Origin: Hemiscyllium ocellatum
Lineage: Eukaryota
Reading direction: 5' to 3'
DNA: 64,000 nucleotides
Assembly: GCF_020745735.1 (NCBI RefSeq)
Contig: NC_083431.1
Coordinates: 44,668,496-44,732,495, forward strand
Made by a program: the position numbers and the translations under genes. The notes under the pieces are model-generated. The model had not been told where the DNA came from. It saw only the letters and a program-made list of their open reading frames with translations, and did not search any database. How positions within the stretch are numbered: the stretch's first letter is position 1; every line of letters starts with the position of its first letter. Positions 37,465-50,218 of the stretch are shown piece after piece.

Positions 37465-37569
37465 CAGCTGGCACTTCGTGACCGCTTCAATCCCACCCCG
37501 CTCACAGACCAGGCACGAACGGATCCCTTTGCAACCGCAGCCAGGCGGGCCGTTGCTCTGCATGGACAT
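37465..37569 (-). CDS. ALKBH4: ALKBH4 coding exon 1
   Basis: MSMQSNGPPGCGCKGIRSCLVCERGGIEAVTKCQL with the CGCKGIRxCLxCE motif; 105 nt, phase-0 donor CTG|GTAAG. Alternative ATG at 37563. Confidence 0.92.
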
Positions 37570-38280
37570 GCTCACGCCTGCCGCTGGGCTCAAGGCCAGA
37601 GGCCTGCACCGACAGAGCAACAGCCTTCACACGGGATCGTAGACAGACACCCCACGACCGGTGATGAACACTCCCTTCTCCCACCCCCCTCAAAATGCGC
37701 ACGCGCGAGCGCCAACCGCCGGTCACGGACTCTCCCCTGACACGCTCCCTCAAACTTCCCATGCGCAGATGCCAACCGCCGGGTCATGGACCCGCCCCTG
37801 TAGCTCTCCCTCAAAATGCGCATGCTCCAAGGGCCGCTCGTGGACTATCCCCTGACACTCCCTCAAAATGCGCATGCCCCCAAGGGCCGCTCATGGACTA
37901 TCCCCTACTCCCTCAAAACGCGCATGCGCGGATGCCAACCGCCAACTGTGGTGGCGCGAGCGTTTGTTGTGAGCGCGCCCGGCTTAAATTTCGCGGGAAA
38001 CCCTGGAACCTGGAACCAGCGACGGGAAAGAGTTGGTATTTAATGCTGCCTGCTTGGGCTAAGCGTTGTGAAATGTGCTGACTGTAAACTTTGTGCAGAG
38101 CCCGATTTGTGGATTTAACAAGGGAATGGGTGGGCGGGCTCTGGGCCTGAGGATTACAGAATCGTGGTAACGGCGGTGAAGAAATCAAACTTACATTTGT
38201 ATAGCGCCGTTCGCACATATTACCTCTGGGGCGTAAACGCTGCCGAGAAAAGCTTCGCCGAGCATGAGCCCAAAGACAGC
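37570..38280. promoter_or_regulatory. Bidirectional CpG-island promoter shared by ALKBH4 and LRWD1
   Basis: CpG-rich segment between divergent genes; repeated TGCGCATGC (NRF1-like) motifs; TTTCGCGGGAAA E2F palindrome at 37989-38000. A non-coding first exon of LRWD1 is inferred near 37960-38170 (donor not determined). Confidence 0.8.
37687..37943. repeat. Five-unit ~50-61 bp minisatellite in the bidirectional promoter
   Basis: Units start CCCTCAAA at about 37687, 37747, 37808, 37860 and 37910; most continue ATGCGCATGC...GGACT(A/C)TCCCCT. Confidence 0.85.
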
Positions 38281-38509
38281 AACGTGATAATAACCTTTTT
38301 TTAAAAGGTGCAACTCACACGTGAAAGCAAGGAGGACAGTTTAATGGGCCCAGATTTGCGACCACTCTATCAAAACTCCCCGTTAATGCTAGATAAAACC
38401 GAAACAACTTCTGACCAGCTAATGAGTGGATATTTAGGTGCCGGCCGAGTCTCAATGTGGAAGTGTGACTTAGGAAGAACTTTGAAAGACAGTGCCAGTT
38501 TAAGAGAGG

Positions 38510-39890
38510 TAAAGGGAGCTGAGTGTACATGATCACAGATCATTGTAAGTGGTAGGACAGGTAGAGAAAGCAGCAAGGAAGATATTCTCGCCTTTATTCA
38601 TAGGGACGTAGAATACAAGAGCGAGGACATCTTCAATTTGGAGAAGACACTTGCTGGAGTATTATGTACAGTTCAGGTATGTACAATATAGGAAGGATTC
38701 TAGGAATGAGGAACTTCAATTCTGAGGATGGATTGAAGAAGTTGGGACTGTTCTCAGAGAGAAGAAGGTTGAGGAGATTTGATAAGACTCTCAAACACAT
38801 TAGTAGGTTGGATAGAGTAGACAGGAGAAACTTTCCACTTGTAAAAGGAACAAGATTTAGAGATCTGTCAAAGAAGCAAGGATAATGTGAGGAAAAATGT
38901 TTTTACTCTGTTAGTAGCTAGGGTGTGGAATTCATTGCTTGGAAGTGTGGTGGAGGCAAGTACAGTTGATACATTGAAGAGGGTGTTGCATATTTGCATA
39001 ATTTTTAAGGGTATACAAAAAAAAGCAGGAGATTAGCACTAGGTAATGATGCTCATTTAATGAGATGGTACAGCCATGATGGGCCAAAAGGCCTCTGTGG
39101 CACAACACTTGTAGTTAAGTAGTGAAATATGTTGTCAGTGAAGCTCTTTATTGCCATAAGAAATGCTGTTGTGCTCTTCACAGTTGAAACCTGCACAGAC
39201 ATCACTGTTAAGATGTAAATTTTAGGTTAATTACTGAAGATCTGATGGAAAGATCTCAAGCCTGGTTCAGTTAGGGGTAAGCATGTTTTCAGTGCTATTA
39301 AGTCACTCTTCCTACTAAACAACCTCTGGCTCTGACAACTAACTTTTGAGTTGAAGTCTCATTCCAACAAGTAAAATTGACATTGCAGATTATGATCATT
39401 TGTTTATGGTCATCTTAATCCAAGTTGTATGAGCCAATTTATTTCCATTTGAATTGAATAACTTCCTCACTGTTTACTTGCAGAGAGTGTAAAATTCGAA
39501 AGGACCTGAGAGGCAACTTTTTCACACAGAGGGTGATTCATATAGAAAGTAGAATAGTCCAGCACATTACAGGCCCTTTGGCCTTCAATGTTGTGCTGAC
39601 CGTTTTTCCGACACTAAGATCAAACAACCTACATACCCTTCATTTTACTATCCTGTATGTGCCTATCCAAGAGTCGCTTAAATATCCCTTAACTGCCAGA
39701 GGAAGTGATAGATGCAGACACTGTCACAACATTTAGAACACATATGGACAAGTATCTGAATAGGAAGGATTTAGAGAGATACTGGCCAAATGCAGGCAAG
39801 TGGGACTAGTTTAGTTTGGGAAACTTGGTCAACATGAACGAATTGGATTGAAGGGTTTGTTTTCGTTCTGAATGACAATATGACACTGAC
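38510..39890 (+). mobile_element. Decayed CR1 3' fragments
   Basis: LKKLGLFS-ERRRLR and GTGTGGAA motifs at ~38510-39110 and ~39490-39890; short minus CR1 tail nested at ~39541-39690. Confidence 0.65.
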
Positions 39891-40525
39891 TCCATAATTC
39901 TTGAAAAATTCACAAAGTCTGTGGGAAACTATATGCAAAAAAACCCCCAAAATTTCTGTTACTCAGGAAATCCTGTGTTGTTTGATGAATTGAAAAATTC
40001 CAATCCATGAATTCCAAAGTCCTACATCCCTCCATACTGAGCTGTAGTGTCAAATAGAATTTTATGCTCAATTTTCTGTATAACCAGTAATTTACAGCAC
40101 ATTAAAAGGTAACATGATTGTGATGTTTCCCAAAATCTTGATTTATGCCATTACGCCACTTGATTAAAATCAGTGCATCTCATATCTTTAATACCAGCAT
40201 GACTTTTTAATTTAATATGTAGTGAGGCACAAACCTATTGTTCCCATATTGCTCCCTGCTGTAGCAAAATCTTTCGACTTAATTATTGCAAACTCGGCAC
40301 TAATATTCACTGCAAAGACGTCGGGAATTTTAGTCCTTCAACTAAATCACTTAATTAATGTTTAAAGTTTATTGATTTCTAGACTGGGAGAATTTAGTTT
40401 TGTCTAATAATTTTGGCTAGACATTGCTGTACAGATCTTCCAATGCAATATGTTTGCTTTTTGTTGTTTAGACTTCCTGTGAGTGAGGGGATAATATTTC
40501 TAGTATCTAGAAAACAAATTCAAGA

Positions 40526-40605
40526 ATGAGGAAGATCACAAAAAAACTGTTGCTTGAAAAAGGAACTCCAAAATGCTCCAATTTGGGCCAAATCAAGAAA
40601 ATAAA
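40526..40605 (+). CDS. LRWD1: LRWD1/ORCA coding exon 1
   Basis: MRKITKKLLLEKGTPKCSNLGQIKKI; upstream acceptor TTGTTTAG| at 40471; phase-2 donor AA|GTAAG; 80 nt. Confidence 0.88.
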
Positions 40606-40791
40606 GTAAGAACAATTGATGTAATATTACAGTTTTCTCATAAAACATTCACAAAGTAATTTGCATCTCATGTATCAGTTGACATGGAACACAAGAACTG
40701 CTTGTGTAGAACTTGAGCAAATTGTAGTGGTATTGATAACTCAGTTGTTCAGATTTAATCAGTCAATATTTTTCTCCCTGTTTCTCTTCAG

Positions 40792-41026
40792 CCTTTCCAA
40801 TTTGAATTTGAAAACAAGTGATTTCGATCGAAAGTTATTTTCCCAGCTACGAACGTTGGAGGAACTTGATGTGTCTGGAAATCGACTGACAGAATTTCCA
40901 AACAATCTGGGCCTTAGCAACCTGAGGCTTCTCAACTGTGCCAATAATGAATTGGAACAAATTACAACACTGAACCAGTTTAGGAATCTTGAGGATCTCA
41001 ATTGTGAAGATAACTTGTACTTAACA
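40792..41026 (+). CDS. LRWD1: LRWD1 coding exon 2 (leucine-rich repeats)
   Basis: LSNLNLK...LRTLEELDVSGNRLTEFPNNLGLSNLRLLNCANNELEQ...LEDLNCEDNLYLT; canonical AG/GT, 235 nt, frame consistent. Confidence 0.94.
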
Positions 41027-42491
41027 GTAAGTGATTTGAACACGTTTGAGTTGAAGAACGATATGATTGTGATAAACCTTTGGCATAATTTAAATGATTA
41101 AAATTTGCATAACTTCCCATTGTAAATGGTTACATAAATTTCAGGTTTGCTTCTCTTTCTCCCTCACTTTATGGCACATAATATTTGCCTACTTCAATTA
41201 GTTAGGCAAAGTCCTGCACCATCTCACTATTTCTTGGATCTGCCTTTAGGAAGGAAAGAGTAATGACTTCCAATAAAGAAATAATGCCCAACTACGTAAA
41301 CAAGAAAAGACACTTGCTCTTCGATTTTTCATGCTTTGTCAACATCTTAATTTGTGTTTATGGTAATTGGTGAACATCTAAAGTCAGAATTTTCTGTGAT
41401 TTGAAGTTTGTGTCCTTTATGTATGTTATATGTGCCCAGATTAAAAATTGGTAATCTTGAGGTATAGTTTGTGTAATTATTTTCCTATATTCTTTAACTA
41501 ACTGGATGTATGCATCACTGGCCAAGCCAGCATTCATTGGCCATCTGTAATTGCCTGTTGAACTGATAGGTCAGTTAGGCCATTTCAGGGAGCATGTTGC
41601 GAGTCAGCTATATTGTTTTGGGTCTGAAGTCTCATGTAGATCATACCAGATAAGGATAGCAGCAGTTAAGCTCTGTAAAGTAATGAAACTTTAAAAAAAA
41701 CTGTTGAAAGTATGCAGCAGATTTGTCAGTATTGTCACTTAATAGAACATGTTGTAAAACATTTTGAAGCTCATGCCTCCAAACCTATGTCAGTGCTGTT
41801 CTAAGTCATTGCAATGAGACATGGCAGTAATTCTGAGCCAGGTTTATTTTTGATATTTTCCACGCACTCTTAGTGTCCCAAACCTGTAGTGCTTAACTTT
41901 TGCAGCTGAGGTTGGATTCTTTGGGCAATGGAGTGGGGTGGATAGATCTTAGCACTGCCATCAGCCAACCCATTGAGTAAGTATTTATATTTTTTTTCAA
42001 AGTGTGAAATGTCAAGAGGGTGAAATATTGCTTTAGTTTTTGGAGGCAAGCATAGGTCTTTTGCAGAAACAGAAAATGCATTTCCACTGTCTTTCTCATT
42101 GTCTTGCTTGTGTAATGATGCCCCAATGGAAATGGGATGATTATAACTTGTATTTTGTTTGCTTTTACCATTTTTGTTGTGCCCAATATTATCTTCCATG
42201 AGGGAAAAAGGAAAGTGAGAGTTCTAAAGATAACTAATTCTTGATAATAAGACCATAAGACATAGGAGTGGAAGTAAGGCCATTCGACCCATCGAGCCCA
42301 CTCCGCCATTCAATCATGGCTGATGGGCATTTTAACTCCACTTACTCGCATTCTCCCCGTAGCCCTTAATTCCTCAAGACCTCAAGAATCTAATGCAGCA
42401 AAAACTGGAAGAAAGCATTAAAGGAAGAATTCTGTAAATCAGTGTCTCATGATTTTGTAACATTATTACATGTAACTCTATTTCTTTCCAG

Positions 42492-42611
42492 ATCTCTGAC
42501 ATCTACAAGGTAATGTACCTGTTGCCTAATCTTCGACAACTCGATGGCAAAGATATAACATCCACAGCAAATAATCTGAAGTTCGTCAACAGCCAGAAGC
42601 TAATGTCTCAA
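42492..42611 (+). CDS. LRWD1: LRWD1 coding exon 3 (LRR cap)
   Basis: ISDIYKVMYLLPNLRQLDGKDITSTANNLKFVNSQKLMSQ; TTCCAG| and |GTGAGT; 120 nt. Confidence 0.92.
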
Positions 42612-42980
42612 GTGAGTGCGTGATATTAAAGTAACAGTTTTTTTTTCTTAGTGAAACTAGGGCTTGCTTTAAATTAGGTTTAAGATTTAGCACTGTTAGA
42701 CTCTAGTTAACTAATTTATGACAAATCCTCAACACATCAGAAGTTAACAGCATTATCATTAAGTATCTATTAGACCTTTTTAATTATTTTGTATAGTTAT
42801 GAGATGTTTAAGTATAAAATCTTTTAAATTGGCTATTTTAACTGATTTTCCACGAACAATTCTTGTTTTGCTTTCCCAGTCACTCATTGGAATGTTCCTA
42901 AGTAAGCCTTAATACTTTTGAAAGGATGTGCCAATGCACATTTTCTTAGAGTATCAGTTCTTTGTTTTGATTTTCTACAG

Positions 42981-43136
42981 GTAACTAATTTTTGGGAGAA
43001 ATATTGTAAGATCCAGTTCTCTGAACTCCTCCCAACAGCTGCTGAGATCAGTGCTATTAAAAAAGACTTTGTGAAATCTGCAGTTGCTGAAATAAAGTAT
43101 GGTCCAAATTCTCTGAAAGAATTCACAAAGTGGAGA
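42981..43136 (+). CDS. LRWD1: LRWD1 coding exon 4
   Basis: VTNFWEKY...KKDFVKSAVAEIKYGPNSLKEFTKWR matches the LRWD1 DFVKSAVxxVxYGPxSLxEFTxWR block; 156 nt. Confidence 0.94.
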
Positions 43137-44646
43137 GTAAGTTTTCCGCATTCGTTCCATGTATGTAGTCTGTGATCCTCGCAATTTGTTTGTGTTAAGT
43201 AGGTGAAGGAATTGGTTTGGTTGTTATGACATTAAAGGCAGTGCCCCACAGGGTTCATTAATCTGTTTTGAATTATTCACGATAACATTGAAATCAATCT
43301 CTCTTCTTCTGCTTCAGAGTGGTCTTAGTGTTTCCCATTATGACCATAGGCATTGGACATTCAGTGGAACAATCGAGCAAACCAACCTCTCGTTACTCTA
43401 CACATCCGTATATTGGGATTGTCTAGTGCTATGCTTCACTGCTAAACAATTGCTTAGTTGTTTCATATATTCATTGTTATGGAATAAATATCTTTGTATG
43501 CTATGTCTACACACTAAATGTAACAATTTTACTTTTTATTTTTCAACCTTCTTAACTTTTATACTTAATATTTGAAATAACAACTTGGAATTTTACAAAC
43601 AACAATTTGCTAATTTACGAGGCGTATTGTTTTAGAAATATTTTAAAGTAGATAGTTGTTCCAGTTGAGTTAAGGATGATTAACTTTCAAAATAAGAATT
43701 CTTTCTGAATCACTGGAAGGCTTATCATTTAGAACGTTAGTAACTGTGACTCCTGTAGCTGTGGGTTCTTGACATCCTGCATTCAGAGCCTCATTTCTCA
43801 GTCAGTTCATGTAAGTGAGATAAGTAGAGTTTATTAAATTGTTGAAAGCATTACTGTGATCACTTACAAATGAATTTAAACTTTAATGTGGACATAATTC
43901 TTTCAAATCTGGTTGGTTTTGTTCTTGCTCATCCTTCTTCATTAAATGAAGTGCGAGCTAAGTTTAAGGTAAAAAATGTTCATTATATTTTAATTTCATG
44001 ATCCTTAATCCCTAAATTAGTAGAGAAGATTTTTGTCCAAAGGTGAATAGAAAGATTTAAAAAGCAGTTGCTGGGTTGGGGTGCTCCAGCCTACTCATCT
44101 GTTGCTTAGCATCCTGGGAGAGGTAGTCTGAAGGTCGCATGATGCAGACCCCAATTAAACTGCTTACAATGAACGTGCCTGGTCTCTAGCATAGCCTTTT
44201 AAATGTAAAGATAGCTGGCATATCACAACACACACTTAGTCAGTTGCCTGAAGACCATTTGATGTCTGTTCTCTATGGGGAAAGGTAAATGGGGCATGTT
44301 GAAGCCACTTGGATCTGAGAACATTTTTGGCAGATTTGAGTAATTTGATACCGCAGTCAGTTGCCATTTACCTAGGACTTGGCACAGTAATTACAGTGTA
44401 GAGTTGTATGGATGTTCAAAATGCCAAATAATTTAATTGATATTTTGAACTAACAAAATGTTTATAATCCTTATCTTGTTGAATCTGTTGTGACTGTAGT
44501 TTTTACTGTATTTTTAATTATTTTAAACAGCTTATTGGTTGGGAAATCGGAGTAGGAAATCTGAATAGTAAGTCTAAAATTTGATATCACATTTTTTAGG
44601 AGTTAAGTACAGAAACACACTGCGCAATGTGGTAGAAGTTTGGAAC

Positions 44647-45327
44647 TGTTGGGGTAAACTCACCTGCTTAATTTAAAAACCAACAACCCAGAAAAGATTT
44701 ATCCCATACAGTAATCTGTGAAATTCGATAGGCCAAGAACTATTTAAAATAAAAATTAACAACATTATTTCTTAAAGTATAATAGAGAATAATTAACTTA
44801 CAACTATTTACAATTCCTTCCTCTAACCTATCTTTCACCTTCCCTTCTATAATACTTGTCCGATTAAAACTCCCAATTAAGATTTACAAAACAACACTTC
44901 TTATCTCAAAACTAGGCAGCTTTCAGTTTTCTTTAAATTCCAGTCTTCCTTCCTTCCTTGGGGATTCTGCTTCACAGGTTGCTGATCCATAGAGGTACCT
45001 TTTTTAAGAGAGGTTTTTTTTGGGCACTATGCAGATGTCGTTGGTTTGACAGTTATCCTCTCAACTGTTCACTTTTCCCAATTCTTATACCCTCAAAGCA
45101 TTGGATTGTGTCATTGGCTTTTAAGATTATCAATATACTAAATTCTAACTGGATTGGAGTTTGGTATTTTTTGGGGTATAATTTAAATTGATTGCCCTAA
45201 ATTAAATCTGTTTTGTTGTTTGCTCGACCAAATGTTACATTATATTTCTTTTCAGAACACTTGGTTCTGTCAGGTAGTTCTGTTGCTTTTAACTCACTTA
45301 AAGGTATAGTACACTTACTTAATAACA
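44647..45327 (-). mobile_element. Solo LTR (Gypsy-like)
   Basis: TGTT...AACA termini; 4-bp TSD GAAC (44643-44646, 45328-45331); reverse-complement homolog of 47396-48035. Confidence 0.8.
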
Positions 45328-45571
45328 GAACATTTCTTCTGCAAATGCAATTTATGCTAACTCCATAGTAAAGTTTGAATCAGATTTTCTTTTTGTTCGC
45401 TGAACTATGAAGGCAAATGGTCAGGAGTTGGGTCACAGATCAGTGATCTGAGTAGCACAAGAGGACTGAGATGCAAAAGAACCTGTTTCTGTTTCTATAT
45501 TCTGATAACCTACAACTCTGTGGACAGAGCCTGTTTTCCTTCATCCACTTATACTTTAATTTCCTTCCTAG

Positions 45572-45685
45572 ATGAAAACGATAGCTACAGAATTTGTGAA
45601 CTCTTTACTCCAGCAAGATCAGCAGAGATCCTCTGATGCAGAAGAAAATGAAGATGAGGAAGAATTGAAAGCAAATCTCACTGAT
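45572..45685 (+). CDS. LRWD1: LRWD1 coding exon 5
   Basis: MKTIATEFVNSLLQQDQQRSSDAEENEDEEELKANLTD; TTCCTAG| and |GTAAGG; 114 nt, phase 0-0. Confidence 0.85.
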
Positions 45686-45949
45686 GTAAGGACTAATTTG
45701 TTCTCTTGTATAATTTTAAGGATTTCTTTTTCTTTATTTTCCACTTGTCTTGAGAGAAATCAAAATGGAAGGAAAAGTTATTGGTACAATGTAGCAGGCA
45801 AGAATGATGTATTCTGTGAAGTAGCAATCCTCACCATCGCATGCTGCGCACAAACACTGCGAACAGAATGGTCATTTATTCTTTATCTCCTCCATTGACA
45901 GTAAAGCTTTGATTTTTTTAGTAGGATATTCTCCCATCCATCAGTATTG

Positions 45950-48900
45950 AAATAGGAACAGAAGAAGGTAATGGGGCTGCTTGAGTCTTCTCCACTATTC
46001 AATAAGATCGTTACTTAACCTCCACATTCACTTTCCTATCCTACTGCCAGATCCTTTGATTCCCCGAGTCCCAGAAGTTCATTGACCTCAAACTTAATTA
46101 TGCTGAATGGCTGAGCATCCACAGCTCTCTGGGTAGAAAATTCTAAAGATTTACAATTGTTTAAGTGAAGAAGTTTCTCCTCATCTTTGTTTTAAATGGC
46201 TAACCCCACATCCTGAGTAAATATAATTAGATGACATGGAAAGAGGTCCTTTGTCCCAACTTGTCCCTGTCAACCAGGTTTCCGGAACTCGACTAGGTAC
46301 ATTTGCCTGCGTTTGGCTCCTATCCCTCTAAACCTTTTACTATTCATGTACCTATCCAAATGTCTTTTAAATGTTGTTTCTGCACCGGCATCTACCACTT
46401 CCTTTGATAGCTTATTCCATACACATACCACCGTCTCTGGAAAACGTTGCCCCTTGGGTCACTTTTATATCTTTCCTTTCACACCTTAAATCTATGCCCT
46501 CTAGTTTTGGACTCCCCCACCTTTCTGGGGAAATTCGCCTTCTCTATGCCTCTCATGATTTTATAAGCTTCTGAGGTCACCCTTCAGTTCCTACGCTCCA
46601 AGTAAAAAAAGCCCCAACTTCTCCTTTTATAATTCAAACCTTCCAGTTTTGGTAACATCCATGTAATTTTTTTTTGCACCCCTGACATTTTAATAACATA
46701 CTTCCCATAGCAGGATGAGCAGAATTGTATGAAGTATTCCAAATGTGGCATTACCAGTGTCTTGTACAACTGTAACATGATGTCCTAGCTCCTGTATTCA
46801 AGAAGGCAAACATGCCAAATGCCTCTTTCACCCTCCTGATGCCACTTTCAAGGAACTATGTACCTGCATCCCTAGGTCTCTGTTTGACGTACTCTCTAGC
46901 GCACCACCATTAACTGTGTTTGTCTTATCAAAATACAGCTCCTCAAATTTATCTGAATTAAACTCCATCTGTTATTCTTTGGCCCTGTGGCCTGGTTGAT
47001 CAAGATCCCGAGTGGACAGTGAAGAAGATTACCTCAGAGTACAGTGGAATCTTGATCCGATGGGCCAATGGACTGAGGAGCGGCAGATGGTGTTTAATGT
47101 AGATAAATGTGAGGTGCTGCATTTTGGGAAAGCAAATCTTAGCAGGACTTATACATTAATGGTAAGACCCTAGGGAGTGTTGCTGAACAAAGAGACCTTG
47201 GAGTGCAGGTTCATAGCTCCTTGAAAGGAGTCACAGGTAGATAGGATTGTGAAGAAAGCATTTGGTATGCTTTCCTTTATTAGTCAGAGTATTGAGTATA
47301 AGAATTGGGAGGTCATGTTGCGGTTGTACAGCATGTTGGTTAGACCACTTTTGGAATATTGTGTGCAATTCTGGTCTCCTTCCTATCGGAAGGATAGTTA
47401 TGAAAATGTGGATGTACCTTTTTAAGGGAATGAAGACTTGGCAAGTACACAGAGTGCTGGAGAATTTACAAAGTAACATTTGATTCAGAACAAACAGCAT
47501 TTGCTGAGTTGCTATGAGACAAAAACACAAATTTGAATTCAGCCAATCGGTTTAAATTATACCCCGAAAAATGTATCAAACTCCAACCCAATTTGAATTG
47601 AGCATATTGGCAATCTTAAAAGCCACAATCTGATGCTTTGGGGGTATAAGATGGGAAAATTGAACAGGTGAGAGGAGAACTGCCAAGTCCAGCTTGTAAG
47701 CAGACTACTTGGAAGAATAGCTCTCTTAGAAATACCTTTTTGATCAGTAACCTGTGCCACAGAAAGCTGCCTGGTTTTGAGAGAAGTGTGGTTTCGTAAA
47801 TCTTTATTGGGTGTTTATCAGACTAGTATTATAGAAGAGAAGATAAAAGGTAGGTTAGAGGAATAAAGTGTAAATAGTTAGTTAATTATTCTCTGTTATT
47901 TCTTAAAGTATGAAGTTGTTAATTTTTACTTTAAATAGTTCTTGGCCACTCAAATTTTTATAGATTTACTGCACTGGATAAATCTTGTGTTGCTGGTTTT
48001 AAATTAAGCAGGAGAGTTTACCCTATGCCGTAACAGGATGTTGTGAAACTTGAAAGGGTTCAGAAAAGACTTATAAGGATGTTGCCAGGGTTGGAGGATT
48101 TGAGCTGTCGGGAGAGGCTGAACAGACTGGGGCTGTTTTCCCTGGAGCGTCGACGGCTAAGGAGTGATTTTTATGGAGGCTTATTAAATCATGAGGAGCA
48201 TGGATAGGGTAAATAAACAATATCTTTTCTCTGGACTGGGGAGTGTGCATAGGTTTAGTGTGAGAAGTTATAAGATGTAAAAGGGACCCGGGGGCAACCT
48301 TTTCACTCGGAGGGGTGTGTGTGTATGGAATGAGCTGCCAGAGGAAGTGGTGGAGGCTGGTACAATTACCCATCCAGATGCCTTTTAAATCCTGTATCTG
48401 AACAGGAAGGGTTTAGAGGGATATGGACCAAATGCTGGCAAACGGGACTGGATTAGGTTAGCATATCTGGTCAGCATGGACAAGTTGGACCAAAGGGTCT
48501 GTTTCTGTGTTGTACTTCTCTATGACTCTATAACCTTCGTTGTTCACTATACCATCACTTTTGCTGTCATCCGCGAACTTAGGAACCATTTCTCCTACAT
48601 TCTCATTCAAATCGTTCGTATAAGTGATGAACAACAGTGGATTCAGCACTGAGGAACACTACTGATTTCCCAGTTCTGGGCTCCCTAGTTAAGAAAGATA
48701 TTTTTTCAGCATCTACTCTGTTAAGCCCCCTTTAAGAATTTTCTAAATTTAATTAGGCCTCCTCCTATTCTATTCAATCTTGGCTTTTGAATAGCCCACT
48801 CATTCCCAGGAATCAATCTAGTGAACATGTGTTACAAATCCTTTAAGGCGAATATATCCTTTCTTTGGTAAGGAGACTCAAAACTGTATTTGGTATGCCA

Positions 48901-49200
48901 AGATGAAGTTTTACAGATGTCCTCTATAATTGCAGAAAAACATATTTGCTTTTACACTGCAGTCCCCTTTCAATAAAAGCTGTCATATCATAGCCGCCTT
49001 AATTGCTTGATGTACCAGCATATTAACTTGCTTTGATTTGTGAAAGGCTACCCAAATCTTCTGAATCTCCATATTCTCATTTCTCAAAAATATTCTGTTT
49101 TGCAATTCTTCCTACCAAACTGAATAGATATTTACACATTTTCCCACTTTATACTCTCTACCAAGTTCTTCCCAAAACTATTGTCTGGTCACTTATCCTT
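45950..49200. mobile_element. Cluster of CR1 fragments on both strands
   Basis: Minus fragments ~45950-47010 and ~48535-49200; plus fragment 47010-48530 split by a solo LTR. Confidence 0.75.
47396..48035 (+). mobile_element. Solo LTR, same family, inverted
   Basis: (A)GTTA...TAACA termini; TSD GGAT (47392-47395, 48036-48039) splits a CR1; TATAA at ~47645 and AATAAA at ~47862 suggest the orientation. Confidence 0.8.
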
Positions 49201-49568
49201 TTCAAGCTGTTTTAACACTCCTTTCTACCATCTTCAAGTCAACTCAGCTCGTTATTTTGATGTTGATGCATGTCAATAATTTTCTTACAATGGGGAAAAA
49301 AAGTCCATTTGCAATCTCGGGAAGGGAAAATAAAGATTACATTTTGATTGAAATTTACAAGTGAGGTTCTATCAAGAGAGAAGCCAATGTTCGTCTCTAA
49401 TATTAATCACGGTTCACCTTGGAGATTTGACTCCCTCATGCCAAAATAGCTCTGAAGAAAGAAAGCAAGGATCATCACCCCTATATATTGAATGATTTCT
49501 CCTAATCAACTGCACTTCCCAGGAGCCAGTCTGAGGAAATGTATTACAGATTGCATCTGATCATTGTT

Positions 49569-50016
49569 CAGATACAAGATCTTTTATCTAAAATGCCCGG
49601 GACCAGTTTTGTTTTGGAATTCGGAATTTTTCGGTTTTCAGAATGTGCCAGTTTAATGGTGAAATTTATAAACATCATCTTACTGGAGAAGCAGACTTCT
49701 AACCAAGAACGTGATTGGCCAGGGCCGGGCCCACCCCGGCCCACCCCACCCCACCCCACCCCCAAAAACAAAAGTTGTATCTGGTGACCCACATCAAGTC
49801 GGTGTCAACTTGGGGGAGTTCACAGACCTCAGGCCTGTCGGTGCTTGGCCACGCCTTCAATGTCACACCTGAGTGACGCACATCGAATGGGTATTGACTT
49901 GGGTTAATTGTTTGCTCGTCCAACAATCTTGTGGACGAGAAAAAAAATTCACAAAAAACCGTCAGATTGCGGAGCTTTTCAGTTTTTGGATGTTTGGATA
50001 AAGGATCTTGTACCTA
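49569..50016. mobile_element. Tc1/pogo-type MITE
   Basis: TIRs CAGATACAAGATCTTTTATCTAAA / TTTGGATAAAGGATCTTGTACCTA, followed by TA. Confidence 0.7.
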
Positions 50017-50218
50017 TATTTAGTATCGTCTTTCGTCCAGTTTCATTAGGTTCCTGTGTGTTGAACAGCTGAGTGCTTGCGCTTCCTACACGAGAGAACC
50101 CAATATGTAAGGGATAGTGCAGTTCCAGTACGGCGTGATAGTGGCAGTGTTACATTGCTTTTCCTTTTAAATGCTGCTGTTTCACACATTCTCGTTTTGT
50201 ATTTGGGTCCTTAAGCAG

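Noticed and set aside
37687-37943. CRISPR-like repeat-spacer array
   Set aside because: Eukaryotic promoter; the inter-repeat segments are homologous to each other, so it is a minisatellite.
42975-42986. CAG|GTAACT recursive splice site at the LRWD1 exon 4 acceptor
   Set aside because: The GT is the conserved Val codon, the donor match is weak and the intron is short.
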